The translations under genes and the position numbers were made by a program. From Eledone cirrhosa (taxonomy: Eukaryota), in contig OZ024740.1 in assembly GCA_964016885.1 (NCBI GenBank), forward strand, positions 332,692,001 through 332,756,000: a stretch of 64,000 nt of DNA, in the 5' to 3' direction. The notes under the pieces were generated by a model. That model was not told the origin of the DNA, searched no databases, and was given only the letters and a program-made list of their open reading frames with translations. Below are positions 1 through 19,199 of the stretch, piece by piece (positions within the stretch are counted from its first letter, which is position 1; the number at the start of each line of letters is the position of its first letter).

Positions 1-53
<53 letters not shown>

Positions 54-1381
54 TGCTTGTGTGGGTGTGTACACATACTTGTGGGCGTGTGTGATAGTTT
101 ACATTTTCTAATAAATGTCTTATTCTATACATCACTTTAGTGAGAATAAGGACACATTGCATATACCCTTACAGTTTCACCTGCTTTGAATTGACCTCTG
201 CCACATATTCTTTGGCTTCGCTATATTTAACTAATTTTTAAATATTCAAAATATTTTTCTCGAAAAAATATTTGTTTGTTTGGGGGAGTGGAGAAACGTG
301 TTTACATTAACATATAGGCACTCGATCGTTGTAGATATCTTAAATACCTTTAAGAATCTGAATACATTTCAACACAATTTAAACGGCAATCCAGAATTTA
401 GAAATGCATTATTATTTCAATTAATCAGTTAAAGGTTAATATTATTGTGTGTATTTTTCTTGAGATATACAAAGCAATATGTAATATTCATGTCACAATA
501 TATATGCAGTAATACACCTATTGAAAGTAGCATTTTTCTTTTGGTCATATTAAAGTTAATTACTGAAATTAATGTCACAATAACATTAAGATCAGTAACA
601 ATACTGTAGGAACTGTATAGGACGTGTCATACTATCACCATTGTAAGGTCATAGATTCCAGTTACGGGTGGATTGTTGGGACCTTAACAACGTATTTTAT
701 ACTGAATGAGTGCACTTCACTCAGCTGAAAATGATTTACGGCAATAGCTCTTGTTAAACGTTTAGCGGACTGATATTTCGTTCAAAACATTTGCCCTTTG
801 AACCACTTAAACTGATATGAATACATGATAAGCTCCAGCCTGTTCTACCCCGCAGTGCTAACAAAGTTGAAACGGAAATAAAACCATCGAAAACATTATA
901 CAGAACTATTATCTTAATAACAAGATTATAACAATTAGATGTATTTTAGTCTCATTGTTGTTAGTAGGAGCCAAATTATGTTATTAGAAATTATAGAAAG
1001 AAATATGGCATGAGATATAAAAAGTTGAGTATCATGAATGTTTCAGAAATCGATATCGCTTTGGATCATATCTTCCACAAATTATTCTGAAACTACCGAC
1101 ACAGGGTCATAACGAGGCGAAGACTTATGCTAAAAATGTTTTTACTCTGAATAATAAAATATTGAATAAATCATTATATTTCACCTGATTTCACCTGACG
1201 TCTGCCATATGTTCTTCGGGTTACGTTACTTTTAACTAATGTATAACTAATATATAAACATCAAACATATTAATCGAAGACAATATTACTCCCGCATTGA
1301 TGAATCGATGTCAGTAGTGCGCTTTTATTCAGTTCTATTTACAATAGCTATTTTCTCTTTTTATTATTTCTTTAGTTTCTA

Positions 1382-1830
1382 GGGCGGGGGATTGGCAGTA
1401 TCGGTAGAGAGTCGACACCAGGCCTTGTAGCATAGAGTTACGTCCCTTTACGGTCTGAGTCAAGTCCCACCGAGGTTAACTTTGCCTTTCATACTTACGT
1501 GTTCGATAAAACAAAGTAGCAGTCACACAGTGGGATCGATTTAATCGACTTCCCCCACCCCCCAAATTGCTGGCCTTGTGCCTATATAAGAAACCAGTAT
1601 TTCTTTATTTTCTAGGGCGGTGGATTGGTAGTATCGGTAGAGAGTCGGACACCATGCTTTGCTGCATAGAGTTATGGCCCTTTACGTTCTGAGTTCAAAT
1701 CCCGTCGAGGTTAACTTTGCCTTTCATCCTTACGGGGTCGATAAAATAAAGTACCAGTAACGTACTGGGGTCGATTTCATCGACTTTCCCCTCCCCCAAA
1801 TTACTGGCCTTATGCCTATACTAGAAATCA
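1382..1830 (+). mobile_element. Two tandem copies of tRNA-derived SINE family 1 (long-tail variant)
   Basis: Copies at 1382-1595 and 1615-1830. A-box-like TGGCAGTATCGG, B-box GAGTTCAAATCC, body CTTTGCCTTTCATCCTTACGGGGTCGATAAAATAAAGTACCAG. The flank TATTTCTTTA(G/T)TTTCTA occurs three times. Confidence 0.9.
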
Positions 1831-2321
1831 TTATTTCTTTATTTTCTAAGTTATTGTTGACGTTAATAATGATTATATTATGTTATGGTAGATTTCAATT
1901 GTGGGCAAAGAGTAACTGAAATCTGGGGGGAAAACCTCAAAACAACTTCTGTTTAGAGAATATATGTTTTATATATTGTAACATTGTAATACGTTATTTA
2001 GATACTCGATACTCTGCACTGAATAAATTCCAAGCAGCGTGGAAGCTGGACGTTAAACGATGATAACATACTTCTTCATTCACTGGCGGAGAACAAAATA
2101 AAAATGGAGCAACAAATTATCGAAAATCTAATTCCACTTTTCAGACTGCACGGTGCTTAGAAGACTAGATATGTACAGATATCCAATATGATGTTCGAAA
2201 CATCATATAAATGTGGGCGTCCAGAGCAGACCCGGATCTTCAATAACTAGAAAATAAAGTAAAATTCAAATAATTTAAATAGAGTTATAGTGATGTATTT
2301 TGTATGTCATTAATTTATAAA

Positions 2322-2610
2322 GGGCGAGTTCAAATCCCGCCGAGGTTAACTTTGCCTTTCATCCTTACGGGGTCGATAAAATAAAGTACCAGTAATACAC
2401 TGAGTAATTGCTGGCCTTGTGCCAAAAGTAGAAACAATTAATTTATAAATGGCGGTGGATTGGCAGCATGGAGTTACGGGCCTTTACGATCTGAGTTCAA
2501 ATCCCGCCGAGGTTAACTCTGCCTTTCATCTTTACGGGTTCGATAAAATAAAGTACCAGTAATGCACTGGGATAATTGCTGGCCTTGTGCTAAAAGTAGA
2601 AAAAATTAAT
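2322..2610 (+). mobile_element. Two tandem SINE family 1 copies (internally deleted)
   Basis: 2322-2440 and 2451-2610 share the B-box, body and GGCCTTGTGC..AAAGTAGAAA tail. ATTAATTTATA repeats flank them. Confidence 0.9.
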
Positions 2611-2799
2611 TTATATAGCCAGCGTACCTGTGTTAATTGCAATTCCTTGCTACCACAGTCATGTTAAGGTCAATAATACACACATCCAAACAGATACACA
2701 CACACACATATATATACATTCATACTTACATATAAATACATATTTATATATATATAAATATATATATATATATTTATATATATATATATATATATATAT

Positions 2800-2972
2800 A
2801 ATTGTTTCTACTTTTGGCATAAGCCCAGCAATTATCCAGTACATTAATGGTATTTTATTTCATCGACCCCGTAAGGATGAAAGGCAAAGTTAACCTCCAC
2901 GGGATTTGAAATATATATATATAATTATTTCTACTTTTGGCACAAGGCCAGCAATTACCCAGTGTATTACTG
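2800..2972 (-). mobile_element. SINE family 1 3' fragments
   Basis: Reverse complement of the SINE body and tail at 2800-2910 and 2922-2972. Confidence 0.85.
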
Positions 2973-4077
2973 ATAGTAGTGTATTATTACTTTGTAGTGC
3001 AACGATGAATATGTACGATGCAAACGCTACTTAACCAATATTGTTGAAGATTTTCCACAACTTGCACAAGAAACTATGTATAAATATAGATACGATTAAT
3101 TGTGAAACTGATATTGTTTTTCAATAATTTTGAGATATATAATAGACGACTTCAAATTCCTGTCAAACTGGCGTGACAAACCATTCAACAATATTGTTAT
3201 TGTTCATGAGATTCATAACCGAAATTGAAAAATACTCATGATTTATCACGTGGTTGTAGTGTTTTTCCAAATAACTACTTATAACAAAAAACTATTATTT
3301 CTTAAAAATTATGAGTGTAAGATACAAGAAACTAAGCTGTTATTATACGTTTGATATAATATTTGTTAAAGCTAAAAAGAATCAAGTTATGATGAATTAC
3401 TCTAATAATATGAATATAGCAATATCCCAATTATTCTTGAATGCTCAACAACATTTATTATCTTTATTCTCGGTATAACGCAACCCACTGATGCTGAATA
3501 TTCATGAATAAATTAAGAAAGACTTGAACAATCATGAGGTAATTATTAGTAACTGGACTAAAGTTGCTACTGGCAAAATTATCCTAATCACTTTGAATCA
3601 TGAAGCCTCTTCGAAATGTTCTCATGATTAGAATATGCGGAAATTTATATTGTCAGATATGTAAATGTGTCTAGAAAAAACAAAACACAATAATGACATT
3701 CGATATATAGTTAAAGCTTTAAAACATTACACGGAACTACATTACCAGACACAATGCTATATTGTATCAAGTTTTGTTATTAGTTATTATAAGTTACGAT
3801 GTCTAATGAGTAGTTATTTATTTTATTTTTTTTTTTGTATTTGGACTATCAATGGACCAAGTAGCGATAGCAGCGAAGTTTCATTACCATTTCAAAACCT
3901 TTCTCAAAGAAGGATTTTTACCATCGAAGATTATATTTATATTAGCTACGAAACATGTTTAATTGAATTAAATGTATATTACATTGAACCAATAATTCAT
4001 GTTACTTAAATGTTTAAATTTATTTCATTTTATATACAGTAAATCAAGTAACACGCAGACAGTTCATGAAAAAATAT

Positions 4078-4158
4078 CTTCTTCTTCTTCTTCTTCTTCT
4101 TCTTCTTCTTCTTCTTCTTCTTCTTCTTCTTCTTCTTCTTCTTCTTCTTCTTCTTCTT

Positions 4159-4190
<32 letters not shown>

Positions 4191-4900
4191 CGAGAAAGTC
4201 GTTGGAGCAGAATATTCAAACACGTCTTCTAGAAGTTTTTCAAAACCATCCGGATGGATTCCCAATCGAGACCAATCGAGCTCATGGGTTTTATCTAACC
4301 ATCTTGTTAGTGGTCTATCACTGGGTCTCTTGCCGCTTGAGTTTGAGCCTGAAATCTGTCCAATGATTCTTTCCAGAGATATTCTAACCTCATGTCAGTA
4401 GTAGTAGAGCAGGGCTCTCTCGATATAGAGATAAAACGGCTCTGCATAGAGTGACGAACTTATCTCTTAGCTATACACTATACGCTTCATGATCGAAATA
4501 TTCGATGAGAACTAATGATTCATGATCACAGTTAATTGAAGAGTTTAACACCAACCTTCTTTTCTCCGGATGACTGCCTGCTTAAGCTGACGCATTATTG
4601 CACCAGCTCCATCGATTTTTGTATTTCATTCATCATCCTGCTTACCATCACCCGTGAAAACCTACCTGAGAGGCTTGGGTTTTGCCACCTCCCTGTATGC
4701 TCCATGCATGCTCTTCATGGGTAGACTGTACTGTACATGTTTTCCGAGTGGACGAATGTCCTCGCAACACTGATTTCCATTCTTCGCTGTGCAGCACACA
4801 GCAGCAAAACTTTCCAGTCCACGTTTGAAAATATCCTTGAAATTTCCTTTCAAATCCAATTCACTATGTGTGTCCATGTTGTTATTTTTGAGAGTCATGT
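4078..4900 (-). mobile_element. RTE-clade LINE 3' fragment with (AAG)n tail
   Basis: The minus strand reads ESFAAVC..VFTGDGKQDDE..GKRPSDRPLTRWLDKTHELDWSRLGI, typical of an RTE C-terminus. It runs directly into the (TTC)n tract at 4078-4188. Confidence 0.7.
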
Positions 4901-5630
4901 AAGCTCACATCAACATGACCTATATTCCCACGCGTTCCAGCTGTGACCACCCCTTGTTACATGTATGTGCAAAGAATAAAGGCCATCAGTATCCCATATA
5001 TTCGTCTCCTGTGCCAGTAGATCTTGGCGAAATATTTTCTACTAATTATATCTGGTTGAATAATCATGTAAAAATCTCCTGCCTTGGTTTTATTTTTACC
5101 CATTTATGATGTTCATGTGTAAAGTTAGTTCAGCTGTAGTCAGGCAGACTTAATATCAAAGATTTTCGAAAGAGTACGGTTGCTTTTTCTTTTGTTTTTC
5201 ATATTTAAGGTAATTTGTCGAATTTGTGGCTGCTGTAGTAAAACAAGTAAATAGGTATTAGTTTCCTCATTTATTATGCCTATATATGCTTACTTTACTT
5301 CCCGCATGTAGTTATGATTCAGGAATCCTTCTATATTTACTAATTAGCTTTATTTAAAATAAACGATATTGTCACTACCTTTCGTCAGGGCCCGAGAAGA
5401 CTTACATTTCTATGGTACCCATATTACTCCATCGGAATATGAATATCCATGGAAGAATTCATGCATTTTAAGAGATCCTTTTAAAGCACACTCGAAAAAC
5501 GTAGTAGTTTTCTGTAAGAAAATTCCGACCTTTTATAAAAATATTAGCAGCATATGGTATTTGAACAGAATTATATAACATTTTCATTTCGAAAATGAAG
5601 TTGCGATATATATCTATCTATATATATCTA

Positions 5631-5764
<134 letters not shown>

Positions 5765-6350
5765 TCACATAATTTACACATATCAAAAAACAATTATATT
5801 TATATATCATATGCCGAGTCACAACGAAAATTACGAATGGTTGCTCATCCAGCTAGAAATAGCAGCCACATTTCACTCAATTAGCAATTAGCCGCGTTAA
5901 AATAAGGATACATTGTCATGATGATCGATGGTGCAATGTATCTACCGAATTTAATGTAACTATATGTAATTAATAAAACTCATCACAATGATATATATTT
6001 CTATACCTAGAAATCGTTGAAAATGTCTCACTAGATAACTAATTTCTCTCAATTAACAAGATAGAGTATTTTAAAAAGTAATCCGTCTTCTAGCCATGGT
6101 TACTAAATTCAAGTATATGTGTGCATGGATCCGAGTACAGTGTTATTCAAGCCGAATCATTTCAACAGATAAGGAAAAACCAACAGTTATAGTGTAGTAG
6201 TATATTAGCTTTCATCAAGTGGATACATACATTTATTTCAAGACAGTTTCATTATGTACTGACACGTTACTAACCGTTTTGATTTCAAATATAATTTATA
6301 CATACATACAAACACGCACGCACATACAGACACCCCCCCCCCCCGCCCCC

Positions 6351-6388
<38 letters not shown>

Positions 6389-6868
6389 TTTCATTTATAT
6401 ATATATATATATATATATATAATATGAATGTTGTATATATGTACGTGTCTATGTATGTGCGTATGGGTCCAACTTTATTCATATGCGTCATTGAATTAGA
6501 CTCAGCAGAATATATTTATTATTGTGTTAGAAGAGCTGGGTATTTAAACTCAAAAGTGTAAACACATATCGGAATGAGGAACTACTACCTTAAATTTCTA
6601 TTCACCGCCCCGAATTATGCATTCTGAAAGGGCAGTTTGCCTCACAATATAACTAAACGGATTCTTTATTGAATCGCATGTGTCTAAGTCACCTTTAACA
6701 TTCAATGTTAACTTGTTTTTAGTTAAGTATCGCTCGCGTTCTCACTCATATTTCAAACCCTTCTCCTCTCTCTCACTCGTCCTCTGTCCACATCTCTCTC
6801 TCTCTCCCTCTCCCCCCCCCTCTCTCTCTCTCTCACCCTCTCTCTCTCTATCTCTCTCTCTCTCTCTC

Positions 6869-6932
<64 letters not shown>

Positions 6933-6933
<1 letters not shown>

Positions 6934-7118
6934 GGATGAAATTCTACAGGACTAGAACTGTTTCATTCTTTAGAAATCATCAGGATTCCTGATGATTTCT
7001 AAAGAATGAAACAGTTCTAGTCCTGTAGAATCTCATCTATATTAAAACTCTTATACTCTGCTATGTATTGAGTACCTTACTTACTGTGGTTACATCTGAT
7101 TCAACCCGGAATAACTTA

Positions 7119-7120
<2 letters not shown>
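6933..7120 (+). mobile_element. Fold-back mini-element with type I hammerhead (family A) between (TA)n tracts
   Basis: Perfect inverted repeat 6941-6985/6987-7031. The + arm reads GATTC CTGATGA tTTC-TAAA-GAAt GAA ACAG-TTCTAGTC-CTGT A GAATC (6984-7032). Confidence 0.8.
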
Positions 7121-7168
<48 letters not shown>

Positions 7169-7528
7169 ATAAATGAAAAGGCAGTACAAATGATATTGTT
7201 TTTAGTTTCACGAGATATACATATTTATTTGCCTGTGTGTGTATTTTGTCTGTGTATGTATGTACAGTTTTACTCTTTTTTACGTCCAATGTAAATAGCA
7301 TGTAACATGATGCATGTTTAACTTGCGTACGATAGGATAATTAATGGAAAAGAAAATTTAAATAAAATTAATCAACTTCAAACAAAGAGTAATTAATGAA
7401 TTTATTAATCATTTAAGTAAAACATTACTAAAGTGGATTAAATAACCTTGTGAAAAATGTAAAAATGAGTAAAGCAAAATATATATTTATATTACTATTA
7501 CTACTTCTACTATAAATAAATATATAAA

Positions 7529-7573
<45 letters not shown>

Positions 7574-8640
7574 AGAGGCGCATATTAACATTGAATCTTA
7601 TAGAGGTAGTAACTAGGGTAAATGTAGATCGTGCCAATAGACAGACAGAAACAAAGAAGATAGAAGTAAATCGATAAAAGAAGCGCAACAAAGTGAAAGC
7701 TAACTCTATTCGTGGCTACACTGGTGAAGGCGACAGAGAAAGTCAGCATCACTGACTGACATAGACCTTGCTCTTCTACTGAATAGACACGCTTTTGTTG
7801 ATCTGTAAACAGAGGATTTCATATTTTGTTAATGGCTTTTCTTACACAGCCAGGGCCTAAAATGTATCTTGTAGTTTTTGTTATACTTGCTATAGTTGTT
7901 ATTCTGTCTGTATACATATGCGTGTGACTATGTGTATATATATGTTAAATGAATTCATGCAGATAGTATTGCCTGTGTTTTTACAGCGAGCAGCTGCAAT
8001 AAAGATTACTTTGACGATTCAATTATTTTCATGTTCTTAGTTTCTTTTATTTTATTTCGTTGATATTTTTTAGTAGCATTCTTGTAAATATTTGTTCATG
8101 CAGTGGAAGAGGATGTCAATGACGACGTTTGTTTCTAACAGTAACTATATTAGTTAGTAGTAGAGGTGTTATGTATGTTATTGTGAAGTGTTATAACACT
8201 TATCGTGGTAGAGTTGTAGGTGGATGCATGGTTTCTGTAGTTACCATTACTTCCATTACTATGTTGGTGATTATGGTGATGTTAGAATAAAACAATGTGT
8301 ACGGTAATGGTAGTGGTTTCTAATGCAGATATATCTGGTAACTTCTGCTACTGCTAATACTATAAGAAGCAGCATTAATGTCAATGTGTGTCGTACAACA
8401 GAAGATAAGCTGCTTGTGATTAGCTACAACAAGTCTGTTTCGATCTCAGTTGAATTGCTAATACCTCCAGAATGAGTATTTACTTTGCATAATAATAGGA
8501 AAAACAGTATTTTTGAACATATGTAAATGCATCTAAATATTATATATAGCAGCTCCTTATGAACAAATTGTTCGAATCCTGTTCGTTTCTATTTTAGTAT
8601 TCAATTATTATTTATGAAATAAAATTCAACCAACAATATA

Positions 8641-8826
8641 ATAATTGTTTCTACTTTAGGCACAAGGCCAGCAATTACCCAGTGCATTACTGGTACTTTA
8701 TTTGATCGACCCCGTAAGGATGAAAGCCAAAGTCAACCTCGGCGGGATTTGAACTCAGATCGTAAAGGGACGTAACTATGCTGGAAAGCATGGCGTCCGA
8801 CCCTCTACCGATACTGCCAATCCACC
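8641..8826 (-). mobile_element. Full-length SINE family 1
   Basis: Reverse complement of the consensus, flanked by a CCAACAATATA direct repeat (probable TSD). Confidence 0.92.
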
Positions 8827-9734
8827 AACAATATAATAATGGTGTAGATTTAAAAGGTAACATCCGAATCTCTGCCAGATTATACGTATAATGATCAAGC
8901 AAATTAAATTAATTGCTTATATTTTTTTATGTTTTCTGATTTGGGGTCTACTGCGAACGAAAGTTGATATGGAATATTTATTTTCAAAAGTATTCCAATT
9001 TCAAATATTGTAAAATTATAATGAAATAAGATAGTTATCCAAATCATTTAAAACGAAAACATGTGATTTGGGAGAGATACGGAACTGCAGCTTTCGCAGC
9101 CGGAGTTACATAAATACATAAATATTGTATGTATGTATGTATGCATTGTGTGTGTGTGTGTATGTGTGTGTGTGTGTGTGCGTGCGTGTGTGTGTACGTG
9201 TATGTGTGTATGTGTGTGTGTGTGTGTGTGCGTGTGTGTGTACGTGTATGTGTGTGCGTGTGTGCGTGTATGTGTGTGCATGTGTATGTGTTTGTGGGAA
9301 GCTGGCAAGAATGAATATATAAGATGCATAAACATGGGTCAGTCGTTCAGAAAGTACCTACTACAATGATTTCTAAACAACTGAGCATAGCTTATCCTTA
9401 TCTAGATTTCGAACCGCTAAGTTATAGGGTTGCAGAATGTAAACAGATGGTGGATGCAGACACACAAACACGCTTTTACTCATTTGTAATATCATTTATT
9501 ATATTGGAACAGTGATATGATGTTTGAACGCATCTACATCTTCATCATGTACATTTTTCAAGCATTTTGACTGCATATGTAAGAGCTGGCGCCATTTTGC
9601 TACCAGGCACTACAGGGTCTACATGCTAACTGTAGACGGTGGAACATTTGACATTATGCATGGCTTCCTGTTCTGTTGTTGCATCGTCTTTCAGTGCAGA
9701 AGTTGGGAGTTAACAGATCCAACACTCCCCCCCC

Positions 9735-9787
<53 letters not shown>

Positions 9788-9796
9788 GATAGATAG

Positions 9797-9830
<34 letters not shown>

Positions 9831-9834
<4 letters not shown>

Positions 9835-9949
9835 TTTAGGGTACTATTTATGGCTATGTATGCAATAAAACGTTTAATGGTAATATATTATATATACACA
9901 AACCCTAAATAGTGAAAGATAGTCATTAATTACTATCCTATTACCAGTA
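9831..9949. repeat. About 120-bp dispersed repeat in (TA)n (other copies 44545-44653, 54822-54911)
   Basis: Shared TACTATTTATGG(C/T)TATGTA...AAACCCTAAA(T/C)AGTG...TTACT, whose two ends can pair as a hairpin. Confidence 0.7.
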
Positions 9950-9969
9950 TGTATATATATATCTATCTA

Positions 9970-10011
<42 letters not shown>

Positions 10012-10025
10012 CATATATATCTATC

Positions 10026-10095
<70 letters not shown>

Positions 10096-10519
10096 TAGAT
10101 AGATATATATGTATATATATATCTATCTATATATATATATATAGTTGCTAATTGCTGCATTGTTTATCCGTAATTGTTGCGTTACGACGCCTTGTTGATT
10201 AACAGGTGTAAGCAGGTGAGACCACTCCACATGGGTCATATATATTCCATTACTATAACAATCAACCACGCCGTAGTTCCTATGTTTGAATTAACGTTAA
10301 GAAACACATTACATAATCGTATTTATTGCAGAATATGTGTTTCAGTGAAAATAAAATTGTGTTAACATCTCGTAATAACACGCTAGTGCAGTGCACTGTT
10401 GTAAATATTGCATAATGGCTAAACATATGTGTCACTGAAATAAATATTATACAATAAAAACATATATGTAACATATGACGTAAAGTTAATTCACACACAT
10501 GAAAGTCGAAAGTCTGTCT

Positions 10520-10775
10520 TAAGCCAGGAGGCGCATTTGACCGGTGCTCATCTCGGTTTCATGGCATGAAGCGACTGTGAGTACAAGACTCCTCCTGGAC
10601 AGGAGGCCAGTTCATCGCAGGGTTAAACCCCCAGCTAATGCTGGTACCCATTATCAGCTGAGTATACTGGGGCAACGTGAAGTGCTTTGCTGAAGAACAC
10701 AACACGCAATCCAGGACTCGAACCCACGACATTATGATCGTAAGTGCAACACCCTTACCTCTAGGCCACATACCT
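10520..10775 (-). mobile_element. tRNA-derived SINE family 2 (CORE/V-like body)
   Basis: Minus strand: TGTGGCCTAGAGG (A box) ... GGGTTCGAGTCC (B box) ... TTCAGCAAAGCACTT ... CCTGCGATGAACTGGCCTCCTGTCCAGG. Confidence 0.8.
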
Positions 10776-11049
10776 CCATATTCACACACATACATATAAA
10801 TATATATACGACACAATTTTCAAAGGTAATCTTATTGTATTGCTTAAACTTACACTGTTAACATATGACACTATGGGTTGACCGTATCAAAGAAGAGTAG
10901 TCATGGCGGCTGAAAACAAATATCGTTCCCGTAGCCAAAATAGTTTCCCGGTTTGTAATCCTGAATGATATCAGAATACATACGATCAATCTTCTTCACT
11001 TTCCCACCAGCTTGGTGACATCCGCATGAAACGACACACCATTACATAT

Positions 11050-16000
<4,951 letters not shown>

Positions 16001-16102
16001 ATTACCGATATTTATTTCATTGTCCCGGAAAATATGGGAGGCATTTCTGAACATGATTAAGACGTGTTATGATCACACCCATGAGCAATATCATAATCGT
16101 AT

Positions 16103-16174
<72 letters not shown>

Positions 16175-16326
16175 GCGCGCGCGTGCGTGTGTGTGTGTGT
16201 GTGCGTGTGTGTGCGTGTGTGTGTGCGCGCGTGCGTGTGTGTGTGCGTGTGTGTGTGTGCGCGTGCGTGTGTGCGTGCGTGTGTGTGTTTGTGTTTGTGT
16301 GTATGTGTGTGTATGTGTGGGTGTGG

Positions 16327-16415
<89 letters not shown>

Positions 16416-16757
16416 TGTGCGTGTGTGTATTTGTGCGCGCTCCTCACAGATTAGTCATTCCCGTCAGTGTTACCGGATATCTACGGAAGAATCTAATGTG
16501 TATCCTGGACAAATTCAACAAAAGTGGAAGACTGGTCTCTAAATGGAATGGAGTTTTAATGGTGATGTAAATCAACGGATGTCCAGTATTCACTGTCGGT
16601 CATCATCGGCATACTAAGCGGGAGAAATTTTCCAACAATATAATTGATGTTATACGTTAAAATCATTAATATCAAGGCAGACAAATACAAACATTTAGGA
16701 ACCAATGAAACAGATAGATAGATAGAGAGAGAGGGGGAGAGATAGAGGGAGAGAGAT

Positions 16758-16832
<75 letters not shown>

Positions 16833-17439
16833 AACACACACAAATGAAAGAAACTTGTAGAAATACGATAGACGGTTTACATTACTACTTAAGACAGCTA
16901 TATGCATAAAATAAGGTAATGTGCACAAATATTCTAGTGATGACAGAAATATGCTATGATGCTAATTATACTGAACCTGACACTAATAGAAAAACAAGAA
17001 AGATCTATTAACTCTATCTAAATCACTGCATCCAAAATCAGATGTAGAACGATAATTCCCCATGTGTCTTGAAGGATAGACGTGTTTTCTTTGGCTCTGC
17101 TAGAGTCAGCAGTAACATACACAACCACGTGTTGCTACACACAAAGGGAAAAAAGTAACCCCCCGAAATAGAGATATGTACATCTATATTTTCATATCTA
17201 AATATCGTTATTATTATTTACTCTGTGTTTAACGTGAAATACAAGTTCATAATACATATACTGTATATACATATATGTATGTGTGTGCACTTTGCTGTGA
17301 TTGAAAAAAAAAAATTACTGGAACTACAAATTCAACTCCCAACGAGGTAAACATTTTCAACTTTTCCACATCCACTCTGTCTGAATGTTCTCTTAACGTA
17401 ATATCTGCTCCAAGGTCTATTTAAGATTTGTTTACCATA

Positions 17440-18606
17440 CATTAATGATCTTACGCTTGGATTACCCATTACTCAAATACTTTTGCGTTCCAAACATTCG
17501 CGGCATTATTTAATTCATTGTCTAATACAAGATTCCTGGAATCAGAATGTGCTGCTATGATGGAATACATCCTAGAATGGAAACATAACCACAAATAATT
17601 GTTTCTACTTTTAGCACAAGGCCAGCAATTACCCAGTACATTAATGGTGCTTTATTTTATCGACCCCGTAAGGATGAAAGGCAAAGGTAACCTCGGCGGG
17701 ATTTGAACTCAGATCGTAAAGGGACGTAACTACGCTGGAAAGCATGTCCGATGCTATTAACCATTGATAGGAACCTCACAAATATTACGAACTAAAATAT
17801 ACGCGAAGAACGAGAGAAAGTAACAAAATAAAAGGAAGGGGGACAAAAGAAAAAAAAACGACGATCATATCACTGCCAAATAATTTTTTTGAATATCAAA
17901 TACACACATATGAATGTCAAATACACAGATATGTGTGTATATTCACACGGGTATACACACATATGTGTGTATTTGACATACCAACACACATATGTACGTG
18001 GGCATACATGTATGTATATATATGTATGTGGTATGCTAATATTATGCCATTCCTTGGAGCAAGCATACCCATTTACAGGCTTTTTCATCCCATTGAATGA
18101 GAGCCGTACAGAGCTGTTATACTAGTCGCGAATTATTAAACATTATAGTTCGCCATACGTAACTCAACACGCGGAGCCCATAAATATGTTGATCTTGACA
18201 TCGATGAAGGAAATATGCCTGCATCAGATACCAACCCTCTTGAGTTAATGAATTTTTATCTTAAACATTTACCACGCTACTTCATCACTTCTAACACATT
18301 CTCAAATCCACTAGACTCTATCCATATCAACATTGATGATTTTACGCTTGGATTATCTGATTACCCAATAGTCAAACATTCGCGGCATTAACTCACAGTT
18401 TAATCCATGATGCTGGGAGGCAGTATGTGCTGTTATGATGGAATACATCCTAGAATGGAAATATAACCTCAAATAATAACTGCTAGGAACCTCACACATT
18501 TAACGCACCGAAACATACGAGAAGAGCGAGAGATATAAATAAAAACAAATGGAAACTTAAAACAAAACTAAACAAAACCGACCACCAATTCACTGCCAAA
18601 TAATTT
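17440..18606. repeat. Diverged direct duplication (17440-17886 vs 18331-18606); the first copy holds a SINE at 17595-17750 (-)
   Basis: Shared TTACGCTTGGATTA, CAAACATTCGCGGCATTA, TATGATGGAATACATCCTAGAATGGAAA and CACTGCCAAATAATTT. Confidence 0.85.
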
Positions 18607-18818
18607 GAATCGGATTAGACAGAGAGAAAAAAAAGACCCCCCCAAAAATAGAGAATATATTTTGTTGCCAAATGAAGGCGAAAGCCACTGACCCGCATCT
18701 CCGGTCAAGAAGGCGACAGCAACAGGATAATAACATCTACCCCGCATCTTCGGTAAAAGAAGGCACTCTAGCCTCAGTATACTGCCTGGCAGCCCGACCT
18801 GGTAGCAGTTTCATGTCC

Positions 18819-18990
18819 ACACCATTAACAAGAGGAAGGCAACGACAACAACTGTGACATTAACATAAACAACACACATATGTATACATCAACATCTCAC
18901 CAGCAATCTTCACCATTAACAAGAGGAAGGCAACGACGACAACAGTGACATTAACAACAACTGTACCATTAACAAGAGGAAGCCAACACC
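18819..18990. repeat. Three imperfect copies of CACCATTAACAAGAGGAAGGCAAC...
   Basis: Copies at about 18820, 18911 and 18965, upstream of the CRE-like ORFs. Confidence 0.85.
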
Positions 18991-19199
18991 ACCATCAGTG
19001 ACTCACCTCCAGACACAAGGGTCTATGACAAACAGCTAAGTTGCTCGCATGTGTGCGTTCTGAACTTTGGGTCTTTCCGCTGGTTCAACTCCCTGTTCAC
19101 CCCCCCCCCTTTTTTTTTCATCCATTCACTCATTCATTTACTAACATTCTACCTTCTTGTGTTGTCCCCTCCATGCATCCCCTTCTTTTCTCTCTTGTT

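Noticed and set aside
620-850. Possible very old CORE-type SINE
   Set aside because: Only a short CACTCAGCTGAAAATG similarity was found, which is too degraded to call.
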